Below, one piece after another: positions 59,665 to 64,000 of a stretch of DNA of 64,000 bases (the first letter of the stretch is position 1; each line of letters opens with the position of its first letter). The notes beneath the pieces were generated by a model. It made no database searches. It was not told the DNA's origin and saw only the letters and a list, made by a program, of their open reading frames with translations. The DNA is from an uncultured Mycoplasmatota bacterium (lineage in GTDB: Bacteria; Bacillota_I; Bacilli_A; RF39; UBA660). A program made the translations under genes and the position numbers. Location: assembly GCA_946500695.1 (NCBI GenBank), contig CAMMWS010000001.1:13211-77210 (forward strand). The letters run 5' to 3'.

Positions 59665-60690
59665 ATGAGCATATATGATTTAACCATAGAGGAATTAACA
59701 GACTATTTCTTAAAAAATGAAGATAAAAAATACTATGCGCTAGAGCTTTTTGCATGGCTTTATTCTAAAGAAAAGAGAATTACTTCTTTTGATGAAGCGA
59801 CTAATTTAAAAAAAGAAACTAGAGAAAGATTAAAAAAAGATTTTAATATTTCTAATATTGATATAGTTACAGTTGAGTCTAGTAAAGATGTTAAAAAATA
59901 TTTATTTAAACTTAATGATAATGAACATATTGAAGCGGTTTTAATGAACCATGATTATGGTAATAGCCTTTGTATTTCTAGCCAAGTTGGCTGTAATATG
60001 GGATGTAAATTTTGTGAATCAGGTAGACGTAAGAAAGTAAGAAATTTAAAAACAAGTGAAATGGTAGAACAAATATTAAAAGTAGAAAGTGATGCTAACT
60101 TAAGAATTAGTCACGTCGTTATTATGGGAATAGGAGAACCATTTGATAACTATGATAATGTTTGTAACTTTATTAGAATAATAAATCATCCTAAAGGACT
60201 TAATATAGGAGCAAGACATATAACAGTATCAACTTGTGGACTTGTTCCTAAAATACTAGAGTTTGCTAATTTCCCTTATCAAGTAAATCTTGCTATTAGC
60301 TTACATGCTCCAAATGATAAGATAAGAGAAAAACTAATGCCTATATCAAAAGTATATAAAATAGAAGATTTGATGAAAGCTATTAAGGTTTATTTAGAAA
60401 AGACTAATCGTCGTGTAACTTTTGAATATATTATGCTAAATGGTATTAATGATAGTGCTGATAATGCCAAAGAATTAGCTAGATTATTAAAAGGAATAAA
60501 TGCCTATGTTAATTTAATACCATATAATGAAACAGAAGCTTTACAATTTATTAGAAGTAACCCTTTAACAATTGCTAAGTTTTATGATATACTAAAGAAA
60601 AACAATATTACAGTTACAATTAGGCGAGAATTTGGTGGTGCTATAAGTGCTGCTTGTGGACAGCTTAGAAGTAAGAAGGAGGACATATGA
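59665..60690 (+). CDS. rlmN: 23S rRNA m2A2503 methyltransferase RlmN (radical SAM)
   Basis: CNMGCKFCESG radical-SAM motif. Confidence 0.85.
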   Translation: MSIYDLTIEELTDYFLKNEDKKYYALELFAWLYSKEKRITSFDEATNLKKETRERLKKDFNISNIDIVTVESSKDVKKYLFKLNDNEHIEAVLMNHDYGNSLCISSQVGCNMGCKFCESGRRKKVRNLKTSEMVEQILKVESDANLRISHVVIMGIGEPFDNYDNVCNFIRIINHPKGLNIGARHITVSTCGLVPKILEFANFPYQVNLAISLHAPNDKIREKLMPISKVYKIEDLMKAIKVYLEKTNRRVTFEYIMLNGINDSADNAKELARLLKGINAYVNLIPYNETEALQFIRSNPLTIAKFYDILKKNNITVTIRREFGGAISAACGQLRSKKEDI

Positions 60691-61427
60691 AATCGTTTTA
60701 TTTAACTGATGCAGGAAAAGTTAGGGATCATAATGAAGATAGTGTCTTAATAGTACATAACAGTGATAATGATACGCTTATGGCTATCGCTGATGGTATG
60801 GGGGGACATAGAGCAGGAGAAGTAGCATCATCTATTGCCATTACTCATTTAGCTAAAGCATTTAATGAGAATTTTCATAATATGAGTAAGATGGACGCTG
60901 TTAATTTTTTACGAGATAGTGTTAACGAAATAAATGATAGCATTTTTAGGCATGAGAAAACTCATCCAGAAAGCAAGGGAATGGGAACTACTCTAGTAAC
61001 TGCTATCATTACTAAAGATTATATTTTATTTGGTAATATTGGAGACTCATCAGGTTTTGTTATGAAAGATAATAAATTACATAAGGTAACATATGACCAT
61101 ACATTAGTAAATTTATTAGTATCAGCAGGCGAATTAACTAAAGAAGAAGCAAAAGATCATCCCAAGAAAAACGTTTTAATGAAAGCTTTAGGAGCAAATG
61201 ACCCTATTGATATAGATATATTTGATTGTGATATGGAAATAGATGCTATTCTTTTAGCAAGTGATGGCCTTACTAATATGTTAGAAGAAGAATCTATTGA
61301 AAAAGTTCTTTTAGGTGAAGGAGATATTGAAGATAAGGTAATTAAACTAATTAGAAAAGCTAACAATAGAGGAGGCACTGATAATATTTCAGTAGCATAC
61401 TTAATTTTAGGAGAAGGTGAAGAATAA
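60687..61427 (+). CDS. prpC: PP2C-type Ser/Thr phosphatase Stp/PrpC
   Basis: DGMGGH and DN metal-binding motifs. Confidence 0.85.
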   Translation: MKSFYLTDAGKVRDHNEDSVLIVHNSDNDTLMAIADGMGGHRAGEVASSIAITHLAKAFNENFHNMSKMDAVNFLRDSVNEINDSIFRHEKTHPESKGMGTTLVTAIITKDYILFGNIGDSSGFVMKDNKLHKVTYDHTLVNLLVSAGELTKEEAKDHPKKNVLMKALGANDPIDIDIFDCDMEIDAILLASDGLTNMLEEESIEKVLLGEGDIEDKVIKLIRKANNRGGTDNISVAYLILGEGEE

Positions 61428-63196
61428 TGGTTACAAAGGGGCAAAAAATTAATGATCGTTATGAGATAATTAAGTCAATAGGCGAAGGTGGTATGGCAAA
61501 TGTCTATCTTGCATATGACACAATATTAGATAGAAATGTTGCTATTAAAGTATTAAGAGGAGACCTTGCAAATGATGAAAAATTTGTAAGACGTTTTCAA
61601 CGTGAAGCCCTATCAGCTTCAAGTCTTTCTCATCCTAATATTGTCGCTATGTATGATGTAGGAGAAGATGATGGCTTATATTATATTGTTATGGAGTATG
61701 TTGAAGGCAAAACTTTAAAACAACTTCTAAAAAAACGTGGTAGCCTAACTCTATCAGAAGCAATTGATATTATGCTTCAATTAACTGATGGTATGGCTCA
61801 TGCCCATGACTCATATATTGTTCATCGTGATTTAAAACCACAAAATATCATGATAGAGGATGATGGTCAAATAAAAATAACTGACTTTGGTATTGCTATG
61901 GCTTTAAATTCAACCCAATTAACCCAAACAAACTCTGTTATGGGCTCAGTACATTATCTTCCACCTGAACAAGCTGCTGGTAAAGGAACTACTATTAAAA
62001 GTGATATTTATTCTATGGGTATTATTTTCTATGAACTATTAACAGGAGAATTACCATTCAAAGGAGATAGTGCTGTTGAAATAGCTTTAAAGCAAATGAA
62101 AGAGCCTTTACCTGATGTTCATAAATTAAATAATGATATACCTCAAAGCATTGAAAATATTATTTTAAAATCAACTGCTAAAAATCCTAAAAATAGATAT
62201 GATGATGCTAAGAGTATGCATAATGACTTACTAACTGCATTAAATGATGATAGAATAAATGAAGAACCATATGTATATCCATATCCTGAAAATGAAGTTG
62301 ATGAAACTACAAAAATAATGAAACCAATTAGTGAAGATGATGAAGAAGGAATCGCAACACCAATAACAGATGAAAAGACAAAAAAATCAAATAAATTAAT
62401 TATTGCTTTATCAATAATTGCTGGTGTTATCATCATCGCTTTAATCTCTGTTTTCTTTATAATACCTGCTTTAACTGCCGAATCTGATGTAGAAGTACCT
62501 GATGTTAGTGGTATGACTGTAAAGCGTGCTACTAATGAATTAGAAGATGCTGGACTTAAAGTTAATAGTGAAGTAGAAGAAGTAAGTAGTGATGAAGTAA
62601 AAGAAGATAGAGTTGTTAGAACAGACCCAAGAAGTGGTAGAACTGTTAAAGAAGGAACAGAAGTAACTCTTTATGTATCAACAGGAGTTGAGACTCACAC
62701 CTTAGAAAACTACATAAATATGGATGTAGGCGAAGCAAGAAATTTATTAGAAGATATGGGACTTACTGTAACTATAGAGGAAATTGAACCGGATTCTACT
62801 ACATGTTCTGTTATAGGACAAAATCTTGTTATTTCTCAATCACTTGATGAAGGTAGTGAAGTAGCATCAGGTGATACTATCACATTAACAGTATTACAAG
62901 ATATTACTTTCCCAGATTGGTATTTAAAAACAGAAGCTGAAGTAACTGCTTGGGCTAATAATGCTTGTGTAACAGTAACAACGGAATACCAAGATACAAC
63001 TGATACTAATATGGCTGGTAAAGTAATTACTCAGTCACGTCCAAATGGATCAACAGTTAGAAGTAATGATAGTGTAACTATTACTATAGGTAGATTAGTA
63101 GAGTCTAATGAAGATGAAACGCCACCAGTTGAAGAAGACTCTAATAATGAAAATAATAATTCTAATTCCAATCAACCTAGCACTCAAGGGGAGTAA
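61427..63196 (+). CDS. prkC: Ser/Thr protein kinase PrkC with PASTA domains
   Basis: Hanks kinase motifs (HRDLKPQN, DFG), a TM segment and extracellular PASTA repeats. Confidence 0.9.
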   Translation: MVTKGQKINDRYEIIKSIGEGGMANVYLAYDTILDRNVAIKVLRGDLANDEKFVRRFQREALSASSLSHPNIVAMYDVGEDDGLYYIVMEYVEGKTLKQLLKKRGSLTLSEAIDIMLQLTDGMAHAHDSYIVHRDLKPQNIMIEDDGQIKITDFGIAMALNSTQLTQTNSVMGSVHYLPPEQAAGKGTTIKSDIYSMGIIFYELLTGELPFKGDSAVEIALKQMKEPLPDVHKLNNDIPQSIENIILKSTAKNPKNRYDDAKSMHNDLLTALNDDRINEEPYVYPYPENEVDETTKIMKPISEDDEEGIATPITDEKTKKSNKLIIALSIIAGVIIIALISVFFIIPALTAESDVEVPDVSGMTVKRATNELEDAGLKVNSEVEEVSSDEVKEDRVVRTDPRSGRTVKEGTEVTLYVSTGVETHTLENYINMDVGEARNLLEDMGLTVTIEEIEPDSTTCSVIGQNLVISQSLDEGSEVASGDTITLTVLQDITFPDWYLKTEAEVTAWANNACVTVTTEYQDTTDTNMAGKVITQSRPNGSTVRSNDSVTITIGRLVESNEDETPPVEEDSNNENNNSNSNQPSTQGE

Positions 63197-63198
63197 AT

Positions 63199-64000
63199 AT
63201 GCAAGGACAAATTATTAAAATAAGTAGTAATAGACATGTTGTATATAATAATGGAAAAAAGTATAATACTATTCCAAGAGGTAAATTTAGAAAAGATAAA
63301 ATAATACCTAAAGTCGGTGATTATGTTAGATTTAATGATAAAACTTTAGTAATAGAAGAAATATTGCCAAGGAAAAACACATTTAATAGACCTATGGTAA
63401 GTAATATTGATAGAGCCTTTATCATTACAAGTCTAGTTAATCCTGACTTTTCTTTAGGTTTATTAGATAAATTTATCGCTCACATGGAACTTAATAATGT
63501 AGATATTGTTATCTGTCTAACTAAAACTGATTTAGTTGATAAAGAAAACTTTAAAAAAATAAAAGAGATAATGGTATATTATACTAATATAGGGTATATA
63601 GTAATTACTAATAAAGACTTAGATGAAATAAAGAATCTTATTAAAGATAATACTAATGTCTTTATAGGGCAAACAGGAGCAGGTAAAAGTACTCTTTTAA
63701 ATAAATTAAATCCTGATTGGAATTTAAAAACAGGAGAAGTATCTCTTGCCCTAGGTAGAGGACGACATACGACTAGAAATGTAGAACTATATGACTTTTT
63801 AGACGGTAAAGTCTTAGATACCCCAGGCTTTTCAGCTTTAGATCTTTCTATTTATAAAAAAGAAAATATAAAATATGCTTTTAAAGAATTTTCTAATTAC
63901 ACTTGTCCTTTTAAAGATTGTTCCCATACAAAAGAGGAAGAGTGTAGTATTAAAAAAGCAGTGAATGATGGAGAAATTCTTAAGAGTAGATATGAAAGCT
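63199..64000 (+). CDS. rsgA: Ribosome small-subunit-dependent GTPase RsgA, 3' end outside window
   Basis: OB-fold N-terminus followed by circularly permuted GTPase motifs (NKTDL, GQTGAGKST). Confidence 0.8.
   Translation, partial: MQGQIIKISSNRHVVYNNGKKYNTIPRGKFRKDKIIPKVGDYVRFNDKTLVIEEILPRKNTFNRPMVSNIDRAFIITSLVNPDFSLGLLDKFIAHMELNNVDIVICLTKTDLVDKENFKKIKEIMVYYTNIGYIVITNKDLDEIKNLIKDNTNVFIGQTGAGKSTLLNKLNPDWNLKTGEVSLALGRGRHTTRNVELYDFLDGKVLDTPGFSALDLSIYKKENIKYAFKEFSNYTCPFKDCSHTKEEECSIKKAVNDGEILKSRYES

Overview
AT-rich (roughly 27-30% GC) chromosomal segment from an endospore-forming low-GC Firmicute, using the standard genetic code. Gene order is largely Bacillus/Clostridium-like. Main content, start to end: a truncated OpuC-like osmoprotectant ABC transporter; a copZ-copA copper efflux pair; a second cation P-type ATPase; a two-gene module of unknown function whose second gene carries a DUF3419 (BtaA-like SAM-dependent) domain; and an ~8.75 kb integrative element inserted at the 3' end of tRNA-Ser(GCT). 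The element carries a tyrosine integrase, three Xis-like HTH genes, an XRE repressor, a Rep/DnaB-C-terminal-like replication module and lipoprotein cargo, and is flanked by an 11-bp direct repeat plus TTYGCCATA arm-type repeats. After it come a minus-strand tRNA cluster (Ser, Glu, Asn, Ile), with a duplicated 5' half of tRNA-Ser sitting in the leader of the intact gene, then housekeeping genes and many sporulation genes (sigG, ymxH, yunB, yutD, spoIVFA/B-like, spoVAC-AD-AEb, a SigF-like sigma factor, a SEDS protein). A 10-tRNA array on the plus strand and an exosporium-type locus (BclA-like collagen protein, GT4 glycosyltransferase, two CotY/CotZ/ExsY-like cysteine-rich paralogs) follow. The window then has a surface-protein region containing a G10 homopolymer, and ends in the rlmN-stp-prkC-rsgA cluster (rsgA truncated). 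Candidates for a second look: the int-proximal cargo and lipoprotein genes of the island, the DUF3419 two-gene module at the island border, a type I toxin-antitoxin-like convergent small-ORF/sRNA pair upstream of copZ, the G10 tract, and a PTS EIIB-like domain lacking its catalytic Cys next to a sensor kinase.
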